A program made the position numbers and the translations under genes. A stretch of 64,000 bases of DNA. Source: Nitrospirota bacterium. GTDB lineage: Bacteria; Nitrospirota; JACRHJ01. The notes beneath the pieces were generated by a model. It saw nothing but the letters and a program-made list of their open reading frames with translations, did no database searches and had not been told where the DNA came from. Of this stretch, positions 20,477-30,606 are shown one piece after another; the stretch's first letter is position 1, and every line of letters starts with the position of its first letter. The DNA lies in assembly GCA_963845245.1 (NCBI GenBank), contig CAWJRJ010000012.1, positions 85,339-149,338 on the forward strand, written 5' to 3'.

Positions 20477-20505
20477 AAAAAGGCGGCCCATCGGGCCGCC
20501 TTTTT
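20477..20505. terminator. Bidirectional intrinsic terminator
   Basis: AAAAAGGCGGCCC-atc-GGGCCGCCTTTTT between convergent genes. Confidence 0.85.
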
Positions 20506-20524
20506 AGTTTTAGGACCCTGTCGC

Positions 20525-21475
20525 TCAAGCGGCTTTTTCCGAGACCCTGATGCCCATCGCCTTCAGCACGTCTGGTACGCCCTGACGGATATTCTCATAC
20601 ATGGGCTTAAATCCCAGCTCGTTTACCGCCTTGGCGTTGCTCACCCTGACGGACGAGGAAAACGCCTCCGCCAGGACCTCGCCCATAGCGTCCGCGAAGC
20701 GGGTGTAGTCTATATGCTCCGGCGTCTTAAGGCCCATCTCGCCAGCCACGATATTTATGAACTCGTTCTGCATCAAGGGGTTTGAGTCCACGAGGCAGAA
20801 GCGTTCCCCGATGGGCATCTTTTCGAGTATCAGCCTGAACCCGTCGGCAAGGTCGTCGATGTGGATCAGGCTTTTGTAGTTGTTCCCGGCCCCGACGATC
20901 CTGGCCGTCCCGGCCTTCAACCCTTCTACCAAATAATGTTTAAACCAGCTTCCCGGCCCGTAGACCCAGCCCGGGAATACCTCAATGGTAGGAATGCCAG
21001 ACTTTCTTGCCGCGCGCTCTATATCCCAGTACTTACCGGCTGTCGGCCTTGAAAGCCCGACCGGGTCTATCATATGCAGCTCGTTTACCCGTTGTTCGCC
21101 CTGGTTGCCGAACGCGGTGACGTGGTAGGTCAGGATAAGGGCCTGGACATGGGCGTTGGCCGAGGCGTGTATCAGGTTCCCGACCATCTCCGCGTGCGCC
21201 TCGGAGCGCCTTTCCGCCTCGTGCAGGGAAAGCCGTTCAGTGATATGGAACGGCGAGGATGCGCTTATCACCACGTCGCAGTCCTTAACGCTTTCCGACC
21301 AGGGCGCGGGAACGAGAAGGTCGCCCAATACCGGGATCCCGCCTGCCGCACGGACAACCTCGGCCTTAGCCGTATCTTGTGCGAGCCCCTTGACTGTATG
21401 ACCTACGGAAACGAGCTCTTTCAGGATGGAGAGGCCGACAAAACCTGTTGCTCCTGTAAGGAACACCTTCATCAT
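20525..21475 (-). CDS. NAD-dependent epimerase/dehydratase (atypical SDR)
   Basis: TGATGFVG, GWVYGPG, SLIHIDDLA. Confidence 0.85.
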   Translation of the reverse strand: MMKVFLTGATGFVGLSILKELVSVGHTVKGLAQDTAKAEVVRAAGGIPVLGDLLVPAPWSESVKDCDVVISASSPFHITERLSLHEAERRSEAHAEMVGNLIHASANAHVQALILTYHVTAFGNQGEQRVNELHMIDPVGLSRPTAGKYWDIERAARKSGIPTIEVFPGWVYGPGSWFKHYLVEGLKAGTARIVGAGNNYKSLIHIDDLADGFRLILEKMPIGERFCLVDSNPLMQNEFINIVAGEMGLKTPEHIDYTRFADAMGEVLAEAFSSSVRVSNAKAVNELGFKPMYENIRQGVPDVLKAMGIRVSEKAA

Positions 21476-21596
21476 CCACCTCCTTCAAAAGGCAATAAAA
21501 CAGTCCCGTGCACAACCCCTGGCAGGGCGTGCACATACCTTTACTATAAATTATAGCACCGGATGATTTATTTCGTGAGGGGGGGCGGGGCGGGTA

Positions 21597-22545
21597 TTAA
21601 GCCGCCCTTTCCTCGTTATGTGTAATGCCGAGGGCCTCTATCACCTGCGGGATGCCCGTGGCAATAGTGGGATATTTAAGTTCAGGCAGAAGGTGTTTTT
21701 TCATCCTGGCCCCGGAGACCCTGCATGAGCAGGATGATCGACTCGGCAGCCAGGTCGCCGGCCATGCCGGCATATGCAGCTATATCGATGTTTTTGGGTG
21801 TTCTGACTTCCAAGGTGTTTGCGATGCAGTCCGCAAGTTCGCGCTGTGTCACGGGGTTGTCGTCCACCAGGGCGTAGCGCTCCCCGAACGGCATCTTTTC
21901 GGCTATGGCGGAGTACGCGGCAGCCAGGTCGTCTATGTGTATGAGGCTCATGAAGTTGTTGCCGTCGCCAACCACGCGCATGGAGCCGTTTTTAATGTTA
22001 CGGGCCATCGTGGCAAACCAGCCACCCGGGCCGTATACCCAGCCCGTGAATATGTTCAAAAGCGGGACGCGGGCCTTGCGCGAGGTCTTGTCGATATGCC
22101 AGTAAGCGCCTGAAACGGTCCGCTCGTACCCTTTGGGGTCAAGTTCGTTGTTTTCCGTCACCCACTCGTTGCCCCTGTTCCCGAAGCCGTTAACGCCGTA
22201 TGTTACAACAACACCCTTTACGCCCGTGCCCGCGGCTGCATGGAAAAGGTTCCCGACCATCTTTCCGTGGTAAAAGGAGCGCCTTCTGGCCGCGTCGACA
22301 GATACCTTTTCAGACTGCCTGACTGGCTGGGAAGCGCTTATAACCAGGTCAGCGTCACCCAGGACAGAGGCCCATTCACCAGCCTCCAGGAGGTCTCCGA
22401 TGACCACCCTCGCGCCGGTTTTTTCCACTATGTCCGCGCGGGACTTTGTACGCACGAGCCCGTCGACGTCGTGGCCATCCTCCACCAACCTCTTTATTAT
22501 CGCCGACCCGATAAAGCCTGACCCACCTGTAACTAAAATTCTCAT
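21597..22545 (-). CDS. NAD-dependent epimerase/dehydratase paralog; frameshift at ~21735
   Basis: TGGSGFIG, GWVYGPG, SLIHIDDLA; corrected C-terminus ...LKYPTIATGIPQVIEALGITHNEERAA*. Confidence 0.85.
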
Positions 22546-22733
22546 TGAATCACCTCAATAAAAAATGTATATTTCAGGTAACGGTTAATTGGAGGTTTAA
22601 ACGGGCTATGCTTGAAATTATAGCATAAACTTTGATTTTGGGTGGCAAGGGCGCAAATTTTTCAAAAGAAAGCCCCCGGTATGAAAATATCTGGTATAAT
22701 TTTAAATCAAATTAACAGTGTTAAGGAGGCGGG

Positions 22734-23220
22734 ATGTTAAAAAAAGATAGCTCGCTGTTAGACTCGCTCCTCTTCGCGTTCGGGCTTGAGAAGGGTTCAA
22801 ATACCTTCTACACCAAGGCCGCCGAAAAGATGGATGACCAGAAAAGCAAGGAACTTTTTTATGCCATGGCGGACATTGAGAGAGGCCATATGGCAAATAT
22901 CCGCCTTCTTTACTGCGGGATGGAGAACGAGGCATGCCCGGCGACCATGGAAGAGTTCATCCAGTCCGCGGAAGGCGAGTACATCGAGGGCGGGAAACTC
23001 CTTGAGACACGCACTGAAGGAGCTGGATGTCGCTTTCCTCGACGAGGCGGACGCGATTAAGATCGCAATCAAGCAGGAGGGCGAGGCCTACGCCTTCTAT
23101 ACCAAAGCCGCAAAGAGGATGGAGGACAGCAACGCCCGGGTCCTCTTCGACAACCTGGCGGGGGAAGAACAAAAACATCTGGACACCCTTACAAAGCTTT
23201 TAAAGCAGATGACTGTTTAG
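22734..23220 (+). CDS. Rubrerythrin/ferritin-like di-iron protein; frameshift at ~23010
   Basis: Duplicated E-x5-FY...ExxH motifs (EKGSNTFY/ERGH; EGEAYAFY/EQKH). Confidence 0.85.
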
Positions 23221-23247
23221 ACCTTCGTTTTCTTAAGGAGCAATCGA

Positions 23248-23403
23248 ATGAAATGGAAATGCACCGTATGCGGCTATATCTATGACCCTGCCATTGGAGA
23301 CCCGGACAACGGTATCTCTCCCGGCACTTCTTTTGAGGACCTGCCTGATGACTGGACCTGCCCTGAGTGCGGCGCCGACAAGTCGGAGTTCGAGAAGGTC
23401 TGA
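23248..23403 (+). CDS. Rubredoxin (51 aa; missed by the ORF track)
   Basis: [59 protein letters not shown]. Confidence 0.97.
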   Translation: MKWKCTVCGYIYDPAIGDPDNGISPGTSFEDLPDDWTCPECGADKSEFEKV

Positions 23404-23432
23404 CGCACGGCCGTCCCACCGAAGAGTAACTG

Positions 23433-25156
23433 ATGGATAAAAAAACCGTCGCGGGCCTGCTGGAGGAGCTCGGCGTACTCCTTGAGGTCAAGGGCGAGAG
23501 CCCGTTCAAGTCCCTCGCGTACATCAAGGCCGCACGGACGCTCCTTGCCCAGCCGGGCGAGCTGGACGACATCATCAAGGAGACCGGCCTCAAGGGCATA
23601 AAGGGGATAGGCGAGGGCATCCGCGAGAGGATACTCGAACTCCACAAGACCGGAAAGCTCGCGTATTACGAGGAGGTAAAGGCCTCCATCCCCCCAGGGC
23701 TTACCCAGATGATGACGATACCCGGCCTGGGGCCGCACAAGGCCAAGGCCATCTACGATGCGCTAGGCATCGCAAGCATAGGCGAACTTGCATACGCCTG
23801 CAACGAAAACCGCCTGGTAGACCTCCCCGGTTTCGGGGAAAAGACCCAGAAAAACATACTTGCCGGTATCAAGCTGCTGGAGAAACATTCGGGCCGGTTC
23901 CTCTACCCGTTCGCCCTGGCCGAGGCGCAGGCACTCAGTAGCCGGCCTGGAGAAGTCGGGGAAGGTGATAAGGCTATCCATCGGCGGGAGCCTCCGCCGC
24001 AGGAAAGAGACCGTAAAGGACATAGACATCCTCGTGTCCACGGCTGAGCCGGAGGCGGTGATGAAGCTTTTCTGCGGGCTGCCTGAGGTCGAACAGGTCG
24101 TGGGCAGCGGATCCACAAAGTCGAGCGTCGTCCTGAAGAGCGGCATAGCCGCGGACCTTCGGGCCGTGACGGATACACAGTATCCGTATGCGCTCCACCA
24201 CTTCACCGGGAGCGTCGAGCATAACGTCACCATGCGCGGCCTTGCGAAGAAACTCGGCCTGAAGATGAACGAGTACGGGTTGTTCAGGGGCGAGTCGGAG
24301 GAGATGGTCGACTGCAAGGACGAGGCGGAGATATTCAGGGCGCTCGGGCTTTCGTACATCCCCCCGGAGATGCGGGAGGACATGGGCGAGGTCGCGGCTG
24401 CTGCAAAAGATAAGATCCCAACGCTTGTCGAGGATTCGGACATATAAGGGCGTGCTGCACGTCCACAGCCGCTACTCGGACGGCGTTGACGAGATCGCAG
24501 AGCTGGCCGAGGCGGTGAAGAAGAAGGGCTGGCAGTACCTGGGCCTCACCGACCACAGCAAGACGGCAGCCTACGCGGGCGGGTTGAAGGCAGAAGACCT
24601 GAAGCGCCAGCAGGCGGAGGTGGACGAGCTTAACAAAAGCTACAAGGGCTTCCGCATCTTCAAGGGGGCTGAGGTTGACATCCTCCCGGACGGGACGCTC
24701 GACTATCCGGAGGACATCCTTGCCGGGTTCGACTTCACCGTCTGCTCGATACACTCGAAGTTCAAGATGACCGAGGACGAGGCGACGGCAAGGATATTGA
24801 AGGCGATGGAGAGCCCGTACTTCACTATACTGGGCCACCCCACCGGCAGGCTGCTGCTCGGGCGCGACGGCTACCCTCTTAACATGAAGAAGATTATAGA
24901 GGCCGCCGCAAAGAGGAACATAGCCATCGAGCTGAACGCACACCCGCAAAGGCTTGACATCGACTGGCGCGAGATTAAATATGCCAAGGAGTGCGGCGTA
25001 AAGATTGCGATAAACCCCGACGCGCACAGCCTGGACGGCCTCGATGTCATGCAGTACGGCGTGGGCATCGCAAGGAAGGGCTGGCTTGAGAAAGACGACG
25101 TGCTGAATACGATGAGCCTCGCTGAGATTGAGCAATATTTCAAGAAAAGAAAGTAG
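23433..25156 (+). CDS. polX: DNA polymerase X with C-terminal PHP domain; frameshifts at ~23937 and ~24446
   Basis: HhH motifs, GSLRRRKETVKDIDIL, ADLR, HFTGS, LHVHSRYSDG, TDHS, GHPTGR, NPDAH. Confidence 0.93.
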
Positions 25157-25160
25157 TGAA

Positions 25161-25914
25161 ATGGACAGCAAAAGTGCAGTAGTCTGGTTGCGATATTTGT
25201 CCGTCTTTGTGTTAATGATACTGCTATCGGTACACCCGGCTTATTCACAATCAGAAGCCTCACCACAGGGATATTCAGTATATAAAAAAATCAGCCTTTA
25301 CAAAGGCGGGCAACTGCTTCTGCTCCAGGATTCCAGGATCAACGAAAAGCTTCGGGGTGAGATGTGGGGTGTCGGAGGGGTCGATCAGCTTGACGAGAAA
25401 GATCAAGCTATCTTCTCGGAGATGCCTCCCAGGAACGCGGTATTGATAGTATTGGATGCGAAAGGGAAGGTCACATATAATAAACAGCTTGATTCTGTTC
25501 TTGCAGAGTTGGAGATGATAAAATTTTATCCGGGAGGCAGGATATTCATATATTCTTACGGAGGACAAAAGCATCGGCGCCGGTTCATACGCGGGGCTGG
25601 TCTCGTCTTTTTTCGAGGTCAACAAAGGGCGGGTGAAATTGCTTTCCGCGAAGAAGGAAAAATCAGGGAAGCCTGCTAAAATATCCGTTATGAAGTCATT
25701 AAAGACGGATTGGAAGATACTTCCTTCTCCGGAAGGCAAGGGCAAGGATATATATCAGATCGCATGCAGGCCCGACACAAGGTTCGAGGATGAGTTTTTG
25801 CTGATCTATACGAGATACCACTTTAACGGTACGACCTGGATAAAACATGAAAGGCGCGAGAACGGGTCCTGGGAAGCGGGAAACAGGTTCCCGTACAGGA
25901 CGAATTTTCCATAA
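25161..25914 (+). CDS. Hypothetical exported protein; frameshift at ~25535
   Basis: Signal peptide; ORFs 25128..25679 and 25633..25914 join. Confidence 0.5.
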
Positions 25915-25938
25915 GCCTTAATAACAAAGAAGGTCATC

Positions 25939-26604
25939 ATGCCGATAGATTTCAAAAACGAGACGCCGGCTCAGAAAAAGAAACGCGCCCTGAAAATCGT
26001 CGAACTACTGAAGGAGCGCTACCCGGAGGACCCGAAGACCGCGCTTGACTACAAGACACCGCTCGACCTGCTTGTCGCCACGATCCTTTCCGCACAGTGC
26101 ACCGACGTGCGCGTGAACATGGTGATGAAGGAGCTGACGAAGAAGTACAAGAAGGCGGAGCATTACGCGTCCGCGAAGCTGGAGGATTTCGAGCAGGAGA
26201 TACGCTCGACGGGCTTCTACCATAACAAGGCGAAGAATGTTATCGCGATGGCGCAGATGCTGCTGTCGGATTTCGGCGGCGAGGTGCCGCACACCATGGA
26301 GGAACTTGTGCGCCTGCCGGGCGTGGGCCGCAAGACCGCAAACCTGATACTGAGCATCGTACACGGCATACCGGGCATAGTGGTGGATACACATGTCACG
26401 CGCGTATCCGGCCGTCTGGGGTTGACGGCGAACAAGGACGCGGAGAAGATAGAGTTCGACCTGTACGAAGTGCTGCCGAAGGAGGAGTGGATAGGTTTCT
26501 CGAACCGTCTTATAATGCATGGGCGCGATACCTGCACCGCGAAGAAGCCGAACTGCGCCGGATGCAATTTAAACAAACTTTGCCCGTCCGCATTTACTTT
26601 TTAG
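25939..26604 (+). CDS. nth: Endonuclease III
   Basis: LSAQCTD, LPGVGRKTAN, VDTHV, C-x6-C-x2-C-x5-C Fe-S motif. Confidence 0.96.
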   Translation: MPIDFKNETPAQKKKRALKIVELLKERYPEDPKTALDYKTPLDLLVATILSAQCTDVRVNMVMKELTKKYKKAEHYASAKLEDFEQEIRSTGFYHNKAKNVIAMAQMLLSDFGGEVPHTMEELVRLPGVGRKTANLILSIVHGIPGIVVDTHVTRVSGRLGLTANKDAEKIEFDLYEVLPKEEWIGFSNRLIMHGRDTCTAKKPNCAGCNLNKLCPSAFTF

Positions 26605-26620
26605 ACGTAAAGGATACTTG

Positions 26621-28095
26621 ATGACCAGAGAGAATGCACAACACCGTGCACTGCTACAGAGGATTGCCCACAGGGCGATGATAGAGCGCGGCCTGCTGCC
26701 GGACTTTACACCCGGCGCGCTTGCGGAGCTTGACAAGTTTACAGGGCGCTAGAACCGATGCACCCGGATCAGTGCGCGACATGAGGGGGCTTTTGTGGTG
26801 CTCCATAGACAACGACAGCTCCAGGGACCTGGACCAGCTAACCGTCGCGGAAGCGATGCCAGACGGCAAGACCAAACTCCTTGTCGCCATCGCGGACGTT
26901 GACGAGGTTGTTAAGAAAGGCTCGGCCATTGACGAGCACGCGAAACACAATACTACGTCCGTATATACCGCCGCCCAGGTTTTCCCGATGCTCCCCGAGA
27001 AACTCTCCACGGACATCACGTCCCTGAACTATGACAGCGACCGCCTTGCGGTTGTGATTGAGATGATAATGGGAGATGACGGGTCGCTTGGGGGCTCGGA
27101 CATATATCCGGCAATTGTCCGCAACAAGGCGAAGCTCGCGTACGACAGTGTCGCCGGATGGCTGGAAGGCAACGGGACTATGCCGGAAGAGGCCGCCGCT
27201 GTAAAAGGGCTTGCCGACAACCTGCGCCTTCAGGACAAAGTTGCGCAGGCGATGAAGGAGTTGCGGCACGAGCACGGCGCCCTCAACCTGGAGACTGTGG
27301 AGACACTGCCCGGTATTTGAGGCAGACAAGGTCACGGACCTTGAGGCCCAGAGGAAGAACCGGGCAAAGGATATTATCGAAGATCTGATGATTGCGGCCA
27401 ACGGCGTTACCGCAAGGTATCTCGATGCGAAGGGCTTCCCGTCGCTTCGGCGTGTGGTGCACAAGCCCAAACGCTGGGACAGGATCGTCGAGGTGGCAGC
27501 GGAGCACGGCGCAAAGCTGCCGCCGGAGCCGGACTCAAAGGCGCTTGAGCAGTTCCTTCTTAAACAGAAGGCCGCAGACCCTGACGAGTTTCCGGACCTG
27601 TCGCTCGCCATAATCAAGATGATGGGGCCGGGCGAGTATGTGGCCGAGCTGCCTAACGAGACCGAGGATGGCCACTTCGGGCTTGCGGTGAAGGACTACA
27701 CACATTCGACCGCACCCAACCGCAGATACCCCGACCTTGTCACGCACAGGCTGATAAAGGCTGCGTTTGCGGGGCAGAGCGTGCCGTATACCATCGAGGA
27801 ACTGAGGGCGCTCGCCCTGCACTGTACGCAGGAGGAAGACGCGGCGAACAAGGTCGAACGCCAAGTGTCAAAATCCGCTGCGGCCCTGCTTCTGGAACAC
27901 AGGATAGGCGAAAGCTTCGACGGCATCGTCACCGGCGCGGCGGCAAAAGGGACGTGGGTGCGCCTGTTCCATCCGCCTATCGAGGGAAGGGTCGTGCACG
28001 GTTTCGAGGGCCTCGATGTCGGGCACAGGGTGCGCGTGGAACTCGTCCATACGGACGTCGAGCGCGGGTTTATAGATTTCAAAAGGGTAGGTTAA
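26621..28095 (+). CDS. RNB-domain (RNase II/R family) exoribonuclease; frameshifts at ~26738 and ~27313
   Basis: SIDNDSSRDLDQ, VAIADVD, HFGLA, YTHSTAPNRRYPDL, C-terminal S1. Confidence 0.9.
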
Positions 28096-28100
28096 ACAAT

Positions 28101-28702
28101 ATGGATTTCTGGGACACCAGATACAGCGAACCGGGCTTTGTCTATGGCACCGAACCGAACGAGTTCCTTAGTCCTTGCGGCAACGCACATCCCGAAGGGG
28201 CGCGTGCTCTGCCTCGCGGAGGGCGAGGGGCGAAACGCGGTGTACCTGGCAGGGCTTGGGTATGATGTCACAGGCGTGGACGCATCACCGGTGGGTATGA
28301 AGAAGGCGGCTGAACTTGCAAAGAGCCGTGGCGTAAGCATAACAACAATTGTCTCGGACCTTGCGGAGTTTGTCATAGAGCCGAACCACTGGGACGGCAT
28401 CGTCTCGATATTCTGCCACATCCCGCCGGAACTTCGGGTGCAGGGTGCACCGCGCGGCAGTCGCGGGCCTGAGGCCGGGCGGCGCGTTCATCCTGGAGGC
28501 ATACACGCCGCGCCAATTGGAATTGAAGACGGGCGGCCCGCCGACCATAGAGCTTATGATGACACTGGAAGTGCTTAGGGAAGAACTGCGCGGCCTTGAA
28601 CTTGTCGAGGCCCGGGAGATAGAGCGCGTGGTCAATGAGGGGCATTTTCACCGTGGACCCGGCGCGGTGGTGCAGGTTGTGGGGATAAAGGCGGGTAGGT
28701 AA
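28101..28702 (+). CDS. Class I SAM-dependent methyltransferase; two frameshifts
   Basis: MDFWDTRYS...YGTEPNEFL, LCLAEGEGRNAV, LRPGG, TGGP. Confidence 0.88.
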
Positions 28703-28814
28703 TTTAGGACAGTAGTCAAAGCATGTTTATTTAGGTTTGAACAATGACGATGAGATAGAAAATTCCCGATACTTTGATGAACCTCTATAGCTGTGATATC
28801 CTATATAAGTCTAT

Positions 28815-30257
28815 TTATTCGAATTTAAGCAGAGACATTTCTAGGGCACCAATTTCACCCGTATATTTGGCATAGTAGGCCTGATAAAACTTAAAATCAC
28901 GACGACCTGCTGCACGGCACTTGGCTTCAATAATTCGCATTATAAGCATTTTGTCGTGTTCAGGTGTGTTGATGCCAAAGATGATGCCTTCTAAATCATT
29001 AAAATTAAATTTAAATCTACGTCTATCGTCGGCGCTATAATCTGTTATTGAGGGGCTGAGAATAAGCCTGTACTCTTCTTCACTAGACCAATGCTCAAGT
29101 TTAGTTGTTATTGCTTTGATAAAATTATTCCAGTATTTTTCTCGCCATTGTGTTTCAGAGGCAATGATGTCATCTGCGCAAGAGCTTTTATTTCCATGCT
29201 CATCGCAATACCAACACTCATTTAATGCAGACATGGACAGGTAGCCAAGTGATTTAAAAAAGTCAACTTCAGGATATCGTGCCGCATAATTAACTTTATA
29301 AAACTGAAAGTTAACATCCCCATAGAGCAGGCGAGTTTTTTCATTATTTCCACCGAAGCCATTTAACCCATGTAATTTTATTGCGGGTTTGCCATGACTC
29401 AAACTGGTTTTGAACTTCAAACAAACACCTTTATGATTATCTCCATAGTACCCCCATAGTGCAGGACTATTGCACTTTTCCAAGAAACAAGCTGTGTACC
29501 AATCCACATATACAACCCTATCTAATTGTTTTACATATTTATCTGGAAAATCAATGATAACTAATCTTTTATTGGGAGAACTCTCAACGTCGTTATATCT
29601 GCCTATAAGATCTACCTGTGACATGCCACTAATTACTGACGCATAAAGCCGCTCTGTAACATCCTCAATATCAGGATATTTTAGATCTAAGTTGAACGAG
29701 TCTATGGAGTCTATATATTCGATTTTTCTTTTTTCTTCTTGCCGACGAAGAGGATTATCATTAGCGCGCATTGGCATTAAATTATTTTTCTCATATACTG
29801 TAAAAATTGTATCGAGCGCATTTAAATGCATGTGTCTTAGATGAAAAATGAGTTCATTGCGTCGCACTGGGTTGGTTCGTGAGGCAAGTGAATGGAGGTA
29901 TGTTGTAATGAATTCCTGCCCGAAGAATAAGTCGCAAATTTCTTTATATAGGGCGTGATAATGCGGTGTTGGAAAGTTTTTTGGAGTATTGAAAACGGGT
30001 ATATGGGAGACATCAATTGGATAGTTCTCGCCACCTATTATAAACGATGAGCACACATGTTCTAAACAGAGCAGATAGTGTTTTAAAAAATTTTTCCAAA
30101 TGATTAGGTCGCCAGACCAAAACATATCTTTAAATCCTTCAATGGGATCATTTAGTTGTTCTGGTTTGGCAAAATATATTTCCTGCTTCTCAAGCTCCTG
30201 CCGTTCGCCGAGTAATGCGTCGATTGAGCGAAATCTGTATAAATAACTGGTCTCCAC
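28815..30257 (-). CDS. DUF2971-domain protein (AT-rich)
   Basis: LYRFRS, LNDPIEG, LWGYYGDNHKGVCL, TKLEHWSSEEEYR, GIIFG. Confidence 0.8.
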   Translation of the reverse strand: METSYLYRFRSIDALLGERQELEKQEIYFAKPEQLNDPIEGFKDMFWSGDLIIWKNFLKHYLLCLEHVCSSFIIGGENYPIDVSHIPVFNTPKNFPTPHYHALYKEICDLFFGQEFITTYLHSLASRTNPVRRNELIFHLRHMHLNALDTIFTVYEKNNLMPMRANDNPLRRQEEKRKIEYIDSIDSFNLDLKYPDIEDVTERLYASVISGMSQVDLIGRYNDVESSPNKRLVIIDFPDKYVKQLDRVVYVDWYTACFLEKCNSPALWGYYGDNHKGVCLKFKTSLSHGKPAIKLHGLNGFGGNNEKTRLLYGDVNFQFYKVNYAARYPEVDFFKSLGYLSMSALNECWYCDEHGNKSSCADDIIASETQWREKYWNNFIKAITTKLEHWSSEEEYRLILSPSITDYSADDRRRFKFNFNDLEGIIFGINTPEHDKMLIMRIIEAKCRAAGRRDFKFYQAYYAKYTGEIGALEMSLLKFE

Positions 30258-30524
30258 CGGACTGCTCTCCTTTTAGATCATCACCATTCATTGTGCGGCG
30301 AAAAAACCACGTAACCACCGTATCGACGACACGAGTGTGCAAAAAGTACGTTTTCAGTACACTAACCTCAATATTTTACTAAGTCAATCTTATTTGGCCA
30401 GGCTCTAAAAGTGCTTGATGTGGCCAAAACGCCTATTAGTATCCACTAAGGCTTATTTTCAGCCCTGATTTTAAGCTCTGAAGCATAAAATTACGTCAAA
30501 AATGTAAAGTAGTTGCAATTAGTG

Positions 30525-30554
30525 TTGACATTTTTGTAGCAGTTGGTATAGAAT
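30525..30554 (+). promoter_or_regulatory. Sigma70-type promoter of the PEPCK gene
   Basis: TTGACA-N18-TAGAAT; GGAGG RBS downstream. Confidence 0.55.
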
Positions 30555-30606
30555 GCTCTCCGTCAGTATCGATAACCGAAGTATTGAGGCAGAAGGAGGA
30601 CACTGA

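Noticed and set aside
28703..28814. Integron attC site downstream of the AT-rich DUF2971 gene
   Set aside because: No RYYYAAC...GTTRRRY inverted core is visible, and there is no integrase in the window.
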